The notes: generated by a model not told the origin, from the letters alone. Shown: positions 42,088 to 55,968, counted from the first letter of the stretch. The stretch: 64,000 bases of DNA from Eledone cirrhosa (GCA_964016885.1 OZ024741.1:226238001-226302000); one strand, 5' to 3'. Made by a program: numbers and translations.

Positions 42088-43846
42088 AGCAAGATGTATG
42101 GTAGGTCGCACGTAAATCTCGATGATCACGCTTGACCTACCAAATATGCGACGGTAGCTAGTTAAGCTCTATGCGTATAAGCAGAGCAAAAATATTAATG
42201 AAAAAGAACAAAGGAACTTTTATGACATTATAACAAGTTTATTGCCGACAGCCGTTTCGTCCGACCATATGGTGGGACTTTTCAAGGCATATAACAGGTG
42301 ATTGCAAGTTCATTATTTACATCAACGTTTCACTCAAGATTAGCAGTTTGAAATCGTGGTATACATCAACAGCTCAGCTTGTATATTTGGGGTCTATATT
42401 CTAAGGGAGCTCTTTTATATTAGTTGTAGGAGTTGTAAAAGGGATGGGTTATAGGGAGTTAAGAGAATTTGAAAAGGGCCTAAGAGTTAGGGATTGAAGG
42501 TTAAAAATTAAAGAATTTATAAGTTACGCATTAAAAGTAAAAGACTTGGGATCTCGTAAAAGCACCTTAAAAAAATCCCTCAGTAAGCGCATAAAGCTTA
42601 TAAGCCCCAATAAACCTAACTAACCAGAAGAATTTAAGAGAATAAAAAAAATATAAAATAAAATAAAAAAAATTAAAAAATAAAAATATAAAGTTTCCTA
42701 AAAAAATTCCTTCAAAAGAAAAAAAAATTTTTTTTCTAAGAGAGCCCCCTAAAAAAATTTTGAAAATTTACGAAGATTTAATAATCCCCACGAAAGTTCT
42801 AAACTCAAAAATTAAAAATTAAAAATTAGGGAAAAGAACTTTCAATGAGATTTAAGAGGTTAATAAAGTTAATGATTTAGGGAGTCCATAATATAAAGAT
42901 TAAGTTTTAAGTTAGGATTTGAATTTTAAGAGTTCCAAACCCAGAAATTAAAACATTTAATGAATTTAAGATTAAGCAATCTTATATATCCAAGATTAAA
43001 AATTAAAGATTAAGAGGTTGAACATGAAATTTAATTTTAAAAATTAAGAAATAAATAGTTGAAAGAAATTAATCAATTAAAGGTTAATTCAAAAAAACCT
43101 TCAAAAAATCCCTCAGAAAAGGCCCCTTTAATATTTTTAATAAAAACCTCTTCCGAAAGACCCTTCAAAGAATTAAAATTTTAGAGAACCTTTAAAAATA
43201 TATATAAATGAATTGAAGAAAATTACACATTAAAAATTAAAAATTACGGGATTTGGGAGATCCGAGGAATTTTCAAAGGGCTGCTTCAACAGATACAACA
43301 ACTTAGGTATAATAAATAAAGTAACTTAAGTAATTTAAGTAATCTAATTAAGGAGCAATTCAAAGAGCTTATCAAGTTGGGCAAGATTAAAGAAAATGAT
43401 AAGTAAGAAAATATATAAGCAAAAAGACAAGAATTATAAAATGTATTTTTAAGAAGGTATAAAATAGCTTCAGTAATCTAATAATGTACTATCAAAAAAT
43501 TATTAATATAGGATTAAGAAAGACATAATAATATATTCCTGCCTAATTAACAAACAATCAATAAACAATTAACAGTCAAGCAAATTTACTCAGGGATATC
43601 CCACACACGGATACTTTACACACATACAGCAAGATGAACAATACAGGTGACCTTGTGGGTGCGATATCCATTGTGTGCATGCAGTCATCTGCATAGCTCC
43701 AGGCACAGTTGGTCTTGTTGAAAAGTTCCGAGTTCACGAATCAACTGGGATTCCCTCTCAGCTGTGTGGACTCTCTGGGAAATGTACCCGTGGATCAAAT
43801 AGCTAGTGGTCGCAGTGTGTGGTGCGTTCGATCTTTTCCATGTAAT
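42088..43846 (-). mobile_element. Non-coding (TA)-flanked element with U-rich body and 3' hammerhead
   Basis: No ORF in track; strong A-rich skew on plus strand 42420-43570; hammerhead and AATAAA near the minus-strand 3' end. Confidence 0.55.
42243..42289 (-). ncRNA. Type I hammerhead ribozyme with U3:A8 covariant core
   Basis: TGCC-TTGAAAA-GTCC c ACCATATGGT c GGAC-GAAAC GGCT GTC-GGCA. Confidence 0.75.
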
Positions 43847-43984
43847 ATATATATATATATATGACTACAAAAGCATAACAATTGAAAATCACCCTTCATT
43901 TGTCGAGGCATACACATAAATTCACATATCTTTCGGATGTCGTACTCGCCACACACACATTAACAAACCAATTCATATATAAGG

Positions 43985-44188
43985 ATTTCTAATTTAAACA
44001 CAAGGCCAACAATTTCTCAGGAGGGGGATGTCTATCGACCCCCCTACTATAATGGTATTTTATTTTATCGACTGCGGAAGGATGAAAGGCAAAGTTAACT
44101 TCTGCGTGATTTGAAACCAGATCGTAGAAGTTCGTAACAAAATACTGCAAAGTATTTAATCCGAGGCACTAACGATTCTGCCAATTCA
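43985..44188 (-). mobile_element. MetaSINE-type SINE
   Basis: Reverse complement of the core. Confidence 0.8.
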
Positions 44189-44538
44189 TAAGTATTGTCG
44201 TATATTTTGTTGTTTTGTTTTCTATTTTCTTATCTCTCTTTGTTATTGTTCTTCACAGAAGCAGCTTAAATACAAAAGCGTCTGTTGCCTCCCTCTCTCA
44301 CATCCGGAATTCTATATAAACACTGCTATAACCTTCCATTCCCCTTCTGTATTTTCATACAAATTACTTTACCATTGGCCCCTATTTAGGTCTGCAAGGA
44401 ATGCTGGGGTTTTCCATATTCATTACCCAGAACCTTTTTTTATAATGTTTTTCTTCATTTTATCAACCGGAAATAGGTCAGACATGAAAGTTTGAAATTC
44501 TTTTGAAGTAGATGTCTAACTACTACTACTACTACTAT

Positions 44539-44570
<32 letters not shown>

Positions 44571-45568
44571 TCACTGGTGCTGCTGTTCTAGATAGATAGA
44601 ATATATTTTTTAAAGATATATTTTAATAACCTAGACAAATAAGACATTGTATTTGACAACCAAATAACTCCTGGAGAGAAAATTCTAATAATTATTTGTA
44701 TGGAGTGTTCTAGGTTGAATATTCTTTTTAACGGTAGATGTTTAAGATTCTTTTTAAATCAGTCCCATTTAAAAGCTCACACTCGCTAAAATGTCAGACA
44801 TTTCAGCGTCTCTAAGAAATCATGCAATATTTGTTGGCTTTCTATCAAATTTTGCATCAAAATTATTACCGGATACTGAAATATAAATATAGATATATAT
44901 CCATATACGGATATACATCTATATCTATGTGAATGATATAGATTATTCATATGGATATTTTGATAAAGCTTTACTTATTCATTAACATTAACTCTACAGC
45001 GTGTAGCTTACCGAATAGCCAGGGATCCCCATCTGTTTCTTACACTTTCAAAATATCTGCTTTGTACTTTGAAACTGGTAATCATATTCCACTTGCACTT
45101 TAATGCTCTGTAGGTACCTATCTGACCTCTTTCTCTCGCTCTGACCTTCTAGATTTTGTACTAAACCATTTTTCATGTTTCTACCTTTCTCATGTTTCCA
45201 ACTCATATTTTCTCTCCGGGCCCTCCCTGCGTGCGCTTTATCATCATCATCATCATCCTCTCCAACTCGTTCTCTGTCCTCCTTGATTACGAGAACCTGA
45301 TATTAACCTGCAAGTAAGCACACCCTACCGCCATCAAGGCACATCGTGTCAATGAGGAAGTCACTGTCCAACCACTCAACCAACTAGACATAATAGCCTT
45401 ATGTTCCTCAAATGTATACCTGCCGTCATAAAAATGGAAACATTGCATTGGACGATGTAGACTTGGAAACACAATGAGTGATGGTAACGTACACACACGC
45501 ACACACACACACATACACACACACATACACACACACATATATGGATACATACATACACACACACACAC

Positions 45569-45629
<61 letters not shown>

Positions 45630-45642
45630 ATATATATAAATA

Positions 45643-45702
45643 TTCGGATTTAACTGTCGAAACGGCCGGAGCTCAGCCGTCGGTGTCTTGACCCTTTTCC
45701 TA
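45643..45702 (+). mobile_element. Penelope pLTR fragment (hammerhead 3' half)
   Basis: gtcGAAACGGC cggagctca GCCGTC ggtgtcttgacccttttcc then (TA)n. Confidence 0.7.
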
Positions 45703-45991
45703 TATATATATATATATATAATCACGGGAGTATAAACAAGATAGACGGAATTTTTTTTTCCTCTAATTTTGCTTTTATATAGAAATGACCAATAATTCAA
45801 GAACCGCCATAGTCTTCAATGGAGTTATATTCTTCAAGTCTAAGAATATGATATAATACACACTATTTCCAAAGCCGAGGCAGCACGTGTAGTGATACGT
45901 TCTCAAATCTCCTAAGATATTATGACTCCTTGATAGGTTTATAATGTCGCTAGAAATAGCAGCTTAAAGACCGTCTGGTACAGCTCGACAC

Positions 45992-46230
45992 ATTTCAGAG
46001 CAGTTTAATATCAATTAAACGATAATTAGTCACTAATACCCAAACATTTCAATGAAAGAAATCTCTCAGAGAAGCAATATTATATATTGATCAATATATA
46101 AGTGAAGTTAGAGGGAAAAGATTTTCATCTATTAACATATAATATTGCATCTCTGGGAGATTTCTTTCATTGAGATATTTGGGTATTAGTGACTAATTAA
46201 CATTTAATTAATATCAAACTGCTCCGAAAT
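45992..46230. repeat. Fold-back / MITE-like inverted repeat with arms of about 100 bp
   Basis: atttcagagcagttt..taattagtcactaatacccaaa..gcaatattata pairs with tataatattgc..tttgggtattagtgactaatta..aaactgctccgaaat. Confidence 0.85.
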
Positions 46231-46792
46231 TCTATACAAGATGAAAGTTTACTCTATATCAAAATCCTCGCATAGCTGGGCATTTTATGCCTGGCGGAGA
46301 CCATCCTCTCTCTATTTCAGAACGCAGCCGATTTGTTCCAGAGCGGGAGAGAGAATGTCAGAGAAGAACTAAAAGGGAGATATAGAAAAGGAAGTGACAC
46401 CGGAATTGGACGAGTACATTTTGAATGGACACTGAAAAGATAAAAGGCAATGTCGACCTCAGCGAGTTTTGAAATTATAGCGTAAAGATTTGGAACCAAT
46501 AACACAAAGTAAATTATCCGACGTTCTAACAACGCTGCCATTTTGTCGCCTTGATCTTGTAATACATTTAGTGTCCTTTTTTATGTGTGTGATCAATTGA
46601 AACCTTCCTAGAAATGCCTCCGTCTGCAATTATTCCGTCATTCTCTCTTTTCTTTTGCTTTTCTCTCCTTTGTCGCTACCTTTATCTGTATTTGTCTCCT
46701 TTTTTCCGTTTACCTGTTTTTTTTGCATTCGCTTTGTTCCCTCGCTCTCTCTCATTACACACACACACACAAATACACATATAAACACACAT

Positions 46793-46824
<32 letters not shown>

Positions 46825-46829
46825 TTATA

Positions 46830-46892
<63 letters not shown>

Positions 46893-47133
46893 CAATCATA
46901 TCATATTTTGTTTGACCCGCTTAGCTTGCTCGTATTTTTGGCTTAGGTGGTTAATAGCTTCTTATCCCCCGTCTCAGTTTGTATGGCCTGTATAACTTAA
47001 TTTTATTGCTCTGGTCTCTTCTGGTCCATGGAGCGCTCGCCAACACAAATCGGAAGTTGCGTTTCGCTAATTTCTACTCGCCGAAATGCGATTCTCGCTA
47101 AATTTATATTTCTATGTATATATTTATATATGC

Positions 47134-47188
<55 letters not shown>

Positions 47189-47228
47189 TATACATATATA
47201 TAAAAGTGTGTGTGCGTGAGCGTGTGTA

Positions 47229-47342
<114 letters not shown>

Positions 47343-47654
47343 ATACAAATATATAACATATATACGTATGTATATTTGTATAATTCTTACACACTCTCTC
47401 ACTCTCTTTTACATGCTTTCACGCAACCAGTAGACTGTGTTTTAGTGGGACAAAGCTATGAAATTACTAATTCATTTAATTTCAGAGAAATGTATATTTG
47501 TGTGATGGGAACTGTGTACGAGCTGATATAACAATGAAGTTCTTTACTCGGCTGTAACTATAGATATTTCTGGCATCATGATCACACGTCAACGGCATAT
47601 ATGTGTATATATATATATGTATGTAAATGTATGTTCATATATATATGTATATGT

Positions 47655-47713
<59 letters not shown>

Positions 47714-47754
47714 TATGTATATGTATATGTTCATATATATATATATATGTATAG

Positions 47755-47851
<97 letters not shown>

Positions 47852-48575
47852 GTGTATATATATATATATATATTATATATATATGTATGTATATAAATAT
47901 ATACACAAATGTATTATAAAAGCAGAAAATATATATAATAAATGAATAAAGAAAATGTTTAAATGTATTATATTCTATTTGCAGTTAAAATTGCATCAAC
48001 CCTGGAGAGATACTTCTGTTGACAGTGTTGTATACGTGCATGGAGAAATAGACATATTGTGTGCAATCTCTCAATTACTAAACAAATATATTAAATCCTC
48101 TTTTAATCAATTAAAACTTTCAAGGTCTTTCTATTGTATATTTGCTACTTTGTCATTAATACAATTTCGTAAACACGAGGTCTGGATCGAAAACACTACC
48201 CGAAAAGGAGAACTGTTCAACATCATCGGATGCTTCCGAAGCCGCAGGTTTTTTCAGAATTTCCCTCTCTTATAAAGGTTTTGTGACAACAACTGGGGGC
48301 CTTTTACTCTCAGGTGAAAAAAAGTACAATTTGAACTCTTCCGCCCATTGCCGGACCTTGTATTTCATCCCGCAGGTTGTCCAAATATCGCCCGCTTCAC
48401 GCAAGATTGGTGGGGTTGCCGGTTTAGTCACCGACGACCTGACCATGAAGCAGGTTGTACTGGGTTACATGTTACCAGTAGCATTCGAGAGCGACCTGAC
48501 GTACATACATACATACATACATACATACATACATACATACATACATACATACATACATACATACATACATACATA

Positions 48576-49038
48576 GGAGAATATTTATGCAGAACTGATG
48601 AGAAAACTGCAGATACTCCACCCTGATTACACCTTCAGATTTATGCCTGTGATTATTGAGGCACTGGGGTATGTTAGTAAATGCCTCAATACAAATCTTG
48701 AGAAGCTAGGCTTCACAGGAACAGAAAGAACACAACTAGTTAGGAAATTACAAGTACAATCCATTGATCAGTAAAAATATGTAAAACATTCCCAAAATGT
48801 TGCATCTAATAACTGCATATACACATGTACAGATACCAAGCATATACACATGCACACATACAACTCAAAACATACACATCCACACATACAATAACATCCA
48901 TATCTACACATGCAGACATGCATACATAATCTTCCTATTTGATGTTGTGTAAATTCCAATGAGAGAGTCTTGTGTCTATGTTAGAAACCGACTCTCTCTC
49001 TATTGCTAAACATTTGTGAAATTATAAAACCAGAAGAA
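48576..49038 (+). mobile_element. R4/Dong-type RLE retrotransposon 3' end in (TACA)n
   Basis: Near-identical to 62461-62893; (TACA)n on both sides. Confidence 0.88.
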
Positions 49039-49479
49039 CATACATACATACATGCATGCATGTATACATACGAAGTGTGTATATGAAGCTATATAAAATG
49101 TTCTGTTCAATAAACCTAAAAGAGTCCGATTATGAACTGTTTTAAGCTGTAATAATGTCACAGCTATTTTAGTGGTCGGTGAGAATGCCAGGCACGTGTT
49201 TCTGGATTTTTATCCGTTATCAGTGACAGTTAGCCATTCGATACTGAGCAAGAAGCTTCTATGTTTTTCTGTGTATGAAACATCGACTGGGGATGATCAT
49301 TTGTATATAGTTGAAAATAAACCATCAGCTGGTTACGCTCATTTGCGCATAGCATTAACATACAGTGGTTCAACATATCGCATATGCTTTAATATACACC
49401 CCCACATGTATGTGGCGAACTATAGACGGTAAAACAGACTTTTACTATGTCTCATATCATATAATTATTGTTAGGGTGG

Positions 49480-49868
49480 TGGCGGTGGATTGGCAGTATC
49501 GGTAGAGAGTCGGACACCATGCTTTGAAGCATAGAGTTACGTCCCTTTATGATCTGAGTTCAAATCCTGCCGAGGTTAACTTTGCCTTTCATCCTTACGG
49601 GGTCGATAAAATAAAGTACCAGTAATGCACTGGGTAATTGCTGGCCTTGTGCCTAAAATAGAAACAATTATTATTAGGGTGGTGGATTGGCAGTATCGGT
49701 AGAGGGTCGGACGCCATGCTTTGATGCATAGAGTTACGACCCTTTCCAATCTGAGTTCAAATCCCGCCGAGGTTAACTTTGCCTTTCATCCTTACGGGGT
49801 CGATAAAATAAAGTACCAGTAATGCACTGGGTAATTGCTGGCCTTGTGCCAAAAGTAGAAACAATTAT
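49480..49868 (+). mobile_element. Tandem dimer of young MetaSINE-type SINEs
   Basis: Two full copies joined through the attattatta tail. Confidence 0.93.
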
Positions 49869-50915
49869 TATGTTTGGGGTTTATCATATACCCCACACCT
49901 TCCCATGTCCTCTCCCTTGTTATGCTGTTTGATTCCCTAATTATAAATATTTATTTTACATTAAGGGAAGAAAAAAGAAGAATTGGTTGAAATATTTCAA
50001 CCATTTATTAATGGAGACGGTGTCTCAGTTTCTATGTTACAACAGACACCAAGATAAACACATTCAAACGCAGACAGAAATCATTCAAACATTGTCATCC
50101 AATCATAACTGCTTGCTGATTTTAAAACATGGCGATTATATTTTGATATTCTGCCAGATCCGAAGCGGCCATTGGGCTATTTAGAAAGTTGCGTTGTCAA
50201 GTATGGACTCGGTTAGGAAGAAAATTAGCAAAATTATTCGAAAATAGTTGGAACTGCCAAAGATTGCTGTACATGACAACTGTAATAAACTTCAGCTGCT
50301 AACATCATTAAGTTGGAAGGATTTGGAAAAATTAGCTTTCACTCTCTGCCCAGAAGAGACTCAATAATATATTAGAATCTAACAGATATTCAGGAATGAG
50401 TGAGGGAGAAATAGAGGAAAAAAGAAAGAGAGTGTAAGTAGGAAATAGAGAAGGAAAGAGAGCGGAGAGTGAATATATCATCCGATAGCTTCAAAACTAA
50501 TCAAAAGAAACGTTAATTGATGTAGTCATGGCGAATCAAAGTACTTTAGTAAGGTTTCCGAAGAGATTTTTGTTCAAAAGCATTGAAAAAAAGATGGTAG
50601 AACGATGAAGGTTCAATATAAACTATATGTCATGAACTAAGTGGACAGTGGAATTGTTGGGTACGAAAACATGAGAACAATTGGTGGCTATGTGCAATTA
50701 CTATGAGATAAATATTCTTAGAACTAGATGTAGTCCTCTCAGCTGAAAGATTAGCGGATTCTGTAGTACTATGCTCCTGGCAGTGATACTTAAGCCGCAA
50801 AAGGCAGTTTTCTATTTCTAAATAAATATCACACGGAGGTTCAGACGAACGGGAGTTTCAACGTTGTTGATCAAGCTACTAGATGTAAGAGTAAATTCTG
50901 CCTGTAAATTTAAAA

Positions 50916-51068
50916 ACTTATTATCAGAAGACATTCCAGTTTTTTAACATCTCATGGGTTGTTGTATTTTTTATTCAGACACAGTACATCTAGTGTCACA
51001 TAATTCTACGTGCCTCTTTTCTGACGGCATGAGATGCTAAAAGACTGGAAAGTTTTTTGAGAATAAGT
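50916..51068. repeat. Inverted repeat with arms of about 41 bp
   Basis: acttattatcagaagacattccagttttttaacatctcatg / catgagatgctaaaagactggaaagttttttgagaataagt. Confidence 0.75.
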
Positions 51069-51239
51069 CTAATTAATCGGAGCCTAACTAATGCTAAACA
51101 ACAAAACGACAACTAAAACAACTGTGCAATTCTTGAGTGTTTTGTTAACTTGTGCACAGTTCTCATCTTCCAATCGACTTGTAGAATGTGTATGTATGGA
51201 CCCGTGACTCCGAATGGAGTTGTAGGGGTGAAGTTGTGA

Positions 51240-52090
51240 CATATGGAAGAAATACATAAGGGAAGACTCGAACACCACAACCGACTGGTAATTTTTTTCT
51301 CGACCTAGAAATGACAAAAGGTAAAGTTAACATCGGCGTGATTTGAACTCAGAATGTAAGAAGCCAGGTAATACAACGCTCTACCAATACTGCCAATTCA
51401 CCGCCCTAAAGTATTAATAATTGTTTCTACTTTTGGCACAAGGCCAGCAATTACCCAGTACATTACTGGTACTTTATGTTATCGACCCCGTAAGGATGAA
51501 AGGCAAAGTTAACCACGGCGGGATTTGAACTTAGACCATAAAGCGCCGTAACTCTTTGCTGCAAAGCATGGCGTCCGCCCCTCTACCGATACTGCCAATC
51601 CTAATAATTGTTTCTACTTTAGGCACAAAGCCAGCAATTACCCAGTGCATTACTGGTACTTTATTTTATCGACCCCGTAAGTATGAAAGGCAAAGTAAAC
51701 CTCGGCGGGATTTAAACTCAGATCGTAAAGGGACGTAACTATGCTGGAAAGCGTAGCGTCCGCCCCTCTACCGATACTGCCAATCCTAATAATTGTTTCT
51801 ACTTTAGGCACAAAGCCAGCAATTACCCAGTGCATTACTGGTACTTTATTTTATCGACCCCGTAAGTATGAAAGGCAAAGTTAACCTCGGCGGTATTTGA
51901 ACTCAGTCCGTAAAGGGACGTAACTATGCTGGAAAGCGTAGCGTCTGACCCTCTACCGATACTGCCAATCCATCGCCCTTCCAATCCTAATAATTGTTTC
52001 TACTTTAGGCACAAGGCCAGCAATTACCCAGAGTGCATACTGGTACTTTATTTTATCGACCCCATAAGGATGAAAGGCAAAGTCAACCTT
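51240..52090 (-). mobile_element. Head-to-tail array of about 5 MetaSINE-type copies
   Basis: Units at about 51240, 51415, 51602, 51787 and 51987 (truncated). Confidence 0.93.
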
Positions 52091-53239
52091 CCAATCCTAA
52101 TAATGATTCTTAATGAGGTTTCATTCGGCGAAATCAGAAGTAAGGAACGTTTTAGTATCGGGGACGAATTCTAAGTGTATGAGAACATGTCGAGGAAGGT
52201 GCATCTATGCCGAGAGAAATAATGAATATCTAATTTTACAAATACATAAATATGTAACTGGTATTAAACTTTAAAACACTAATTAAGAAATGTTGTCAGC
52301 GGGCGGTTTCAAACTTGAATGGAGTCTAAATATTAAAAGCAAAGAAAAAACTCAAAATTTCGAAGTTGTGGTTGCAAAAGGTCATTAATCGTGTAAATAA
52401 TGAGAAAAAACGAATTCATTCATCGCTTCGTCTCAGTGGGAGCTTTCATTTTGTATCAAGGTGTTTACTGTTTTAATAATCATGTAACTGACCCTTCATT
52501 TCTGTACAGGACGAAAATTCAAATATGTTTTTCTGTCTTTTACTTTTTCTTTCTCCATATGTGTATCTGCATCTATATATAGATTGTGCTATAGAAAAAG
52601 ATATCAGCTTCACATTCACTGCTAAAGTTTTTCCTAAATCTATTTAATAAAGATATTGATTACATCTTTTCAACAGCATTCGATGTTTCGTGATTCAGAC
52701 ACTATTTCTTTCTCAAAGTTATTTTCTACCCTGCAATCAAAGCAATTGCGATGTTTTCTACCCCCACATATCTCTTTTATAACTCAGCTTTATACATTAC
52801 TTCTTTCGTTTTATATTTCAATGTGTGATAATTTCTTATCTCCATAAAGGAAAAGAAAGTTTTGGGCAAAGTTCGTCTTCGTTTTTAAAATATATATGTT
52901 TTTTAATTTAATTTTAAAAATCATTGCTTCAAACAGATATTGAAAAACCAGTTCGTTTACAAAAAAAAAAAAAGAAATGTTCTTTGTGTAAGAAATATTG
53001 TCTCTTACAATATATTCTGAATTTAATGAGATAGATGCATTAGTAAAAGAACAAATACTGATGCTGCGAATCGCAAATATAATTACAAAAAAATATACTG
53101 TGAAATAAAGTGTTATTTCCCTTATACTATTATATTATTTTTTTCCATTTAAACTGATGTTAATTAGTGTTTTGTTACAGTATATTCAATTTCAATAAGA
53201 TGTATACTTCTAAACATTTTATAATACTTGCTTAATATA

Positions 53240-53420
53240 AATAATTGTTTCTACTTTTGGTACAATTACCCCAGTGCGTCACTGGTACTTTATTTGATCG
53301 ATCCCGTAAGGATGAAAGGCAAAGTTAACCTCGGCGGGATTTGAACTTAGAACGTAAAGGGCCATAACTCTATGCTGCAAAGCATGGTGTCAGATACTCT
53401 ACCGTTACTGCCAATTCACA
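53240..53420 (-). mobile_element. MetaSINE-type SINE
   Basis: Reverse complement of the consensus. Confidence 0.9.
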
Positions 53421-54984
53421 AGTGGTATATTTGGGTCGCAATCTGATAAGTTTGATCTAAAATACGAAGTCCTTGGTGTGAAGATGAAATGCCTACTGTG
53501 AATTTTGAATACTTCCCTGATTATCTAATTTCTTTATTGATGCCCTAAGCACAACCCTTTAAATGAGGTACGCTCGATCCTCCCATTTTATGGTAAGGCA
53601 TTAAAACGGATATGTACCCAATGTGAAATAATAGATTAAGAAATCAGTTTTCTTCCAGGATGTCCCCTATGTTAGCCCCACAACTATGTTAAATATATGT
53701 TCTGGCATATGAACTATAGGAAGTTTTCGTCAACTAATTTTAGGATAATCCCAGTTAATATAAGTTTTTCAGCACTTATTATTTAGTTGTGGCAAACTTT
53801 ACTGTATGGGAGTTTAGAACTATTCCCTGAAATACGTTTTGCCTTAGTCATATTGTTGATACACATAACCAACATCACTACATCTTATCTCTTTCTATAT
53901 ATACTGGCACTTGGCAAACTGGGTAGAATATGCTTCTTTGTGTGTGTCTAATAAGGAATTAATCATTCCTATTGCTTTCACCAATAAGATATAAAGAAGA
54001 AACCACCCTTTTTCGCATCAAAATTATTTTACAAAAAAATAATAATTAGCTGATTTTATTGGAGTTATCTCCCTTGTTTGTTATTCTTAAATTTCAAGCA
54101 ACCCCTAGAGGGAGAGATTTTGTCTAATAAATGCATCGATAATCTCAATTAACTAGTGCCTTTCAACTCACTTCAATTACATATGTGAGACTCTAGTGTA
54201 CATAGAAGGTTAACATTTATTTGTTGTTTTATTTTCATTGTATTCCTTTAACCCTAAGAAATATAAAAAAAAATAAGACAAATTGTTTACTTAAAACCAT
54301 GCACAATTTCAGTGCTTTTTTTATTAATATATTTTTTCTTCAAATACTTAATTTAGCATTTGTATCACGGTGTAACCAGCATTGGAAAAAAACTGTGGTT
54401 TTCCTTTACAGTAGCATCCAGAGTACGTGCTTCTTTTCTTTGTCCTGTTTTGGATGCAAAAAATAGAGCATTTCGACTGGAAATACCACTGAGCTATAAA
54501 TTACAAACTCAGCTTGCTATAATTTAGATATGTGTTGGGAGTGCTGTAGAAAATGGATGTTGCTGGCAAGCTTACTCCATTCCCTGTTGTGATTATTTCG
54601 CTTCACTAAACTTCAGAATGACAAAACACCTCTCTCTCTCTCGCAGAAAAGTTCGATTACGCATACATGATATCTCGTATTAACGAAATTTTCATCTATT
54701 TATCAGAAAATATCATGTATACATGTGTGTAGTTATATTCTGGGTTGCTGTCCATCCTTTCGTACCACTGTGTGATTCAACCATCATGGTACTGAAGCCA
54801 ACCAAATATGGAAGTTTTAATCCGTTGCTTGACCTCCTACAACAGTCATTTCTCGCGCAAAATACTCTACTCTCAAAAGAAAAAAAAACATGGCAGTGCT
54901 GTTAGTAATGGCTGGAAAGTATTTGCTCATAGTTCGGTTTGATCTCAGTTAATAACAATATCTACTACTACAAATAAAAATGGT

Positions 54985-55172
54985 GTCCGATTTAGGCACA
55001 AGGCCAGAATCTGTTGGGGAACGAAAAGACGATAAAATCTACCCAGTGCGTCCCGTTAGGAGGAAAGGCAAAGCTAACTAGAGCGGAATTTGAACTCAGA
55101 AAGTGAAGGGATGTAACTATATGCTGCAAAGCATGTTGTCCGACATGCTACCGGTACTACTAATCAACCGCG
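54985..55172 (-). mobile_element. Diverged MetaSINE-type SINE
   Basis: ggcacaaggccag..aaaggcaaag..atttgaactcagaa. Confidence 0.75.
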
Positions 55173-55623
55173 CTTACTACTTACCAACAAAAATAGAACC
55201 ATGAAATTGGTTACGCCATCGAAACTACGACACCATTTGCTTACGTCAAATAAGATCTTCAGAAAGATACGAACGTCTTACAAATTTATTTTCTCTTCTC
55301 CCTTGTGCTAGTGAGATATGGAGAAGGAATAAAACAAAAAATGAAGCAAAAGAAAACGAGATTTGAAAGAACAAATACAAAAAAAAATCTGATTAAAGTA
55401 AATTGAACAGCTGAGTTGCCATTTTTAGCTGATTTAAATGCTGGAAAATAAGAAACACCGCTGATGAATAGTGAGTCTAATGATAATGTTCAGGCGGGGT
55501 GCATTAAGATACAATTATACTGAAGCAATGAGGTTTTGTGATTAGATTAAATGTTCGCACTGGTTTGCAATCTCCCAAGTCTTCATAATCAATCTATCTT
55601 CCTATATATATACATATATGTAT

Positions 55624-55787
<164 letters not shown>

Positions 55788-55968
55788 GTATCCGTGCGTG
55801 TGTGTTCAAGAAACTACATACACAGACATATCCTTGTATGTATATATGTATGTTTGTACATATATATGTGTGCGTGTGCGTGTGTGTGTGTGAGTCTGTG
55901 TGTATTTATGTGTTATTTTTATATCATATTGTCTTTCTTCGCCTTCCATGGAATGCGAACATCAGGAG

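Noticed and set aside
42420-43570. Mitochondrial insert or hypermutated coding sequence
   Set aside because: No recognisable mitochondrial gene, tRNA or reading frame; better explained as a skewed non-coding element body
48180-48501. HDV-like ribozyme in a possible RTE 5' UTR (minus strand)
   Set aside because: GC-richer and UTR-like, but I could not assemble the nested double pseudoknot
50195-50330. HERO-like RLE retroelement remnant (KISKIIRK*LELP..KLQL)
   Set aside because: Too short and decayed to support without a profile search
51415-52090. CRISPR-like repeat array
   Set aside because: Units are 185-bp SINEs without unique spacers; eukaryotic context, no cas genes
53560-53930. Decayed L1-like RT C-terminal remnant on the minus strand
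   Set aside because: Only faint motif resemblance (W..I..P..GG); cannot be verified by eye
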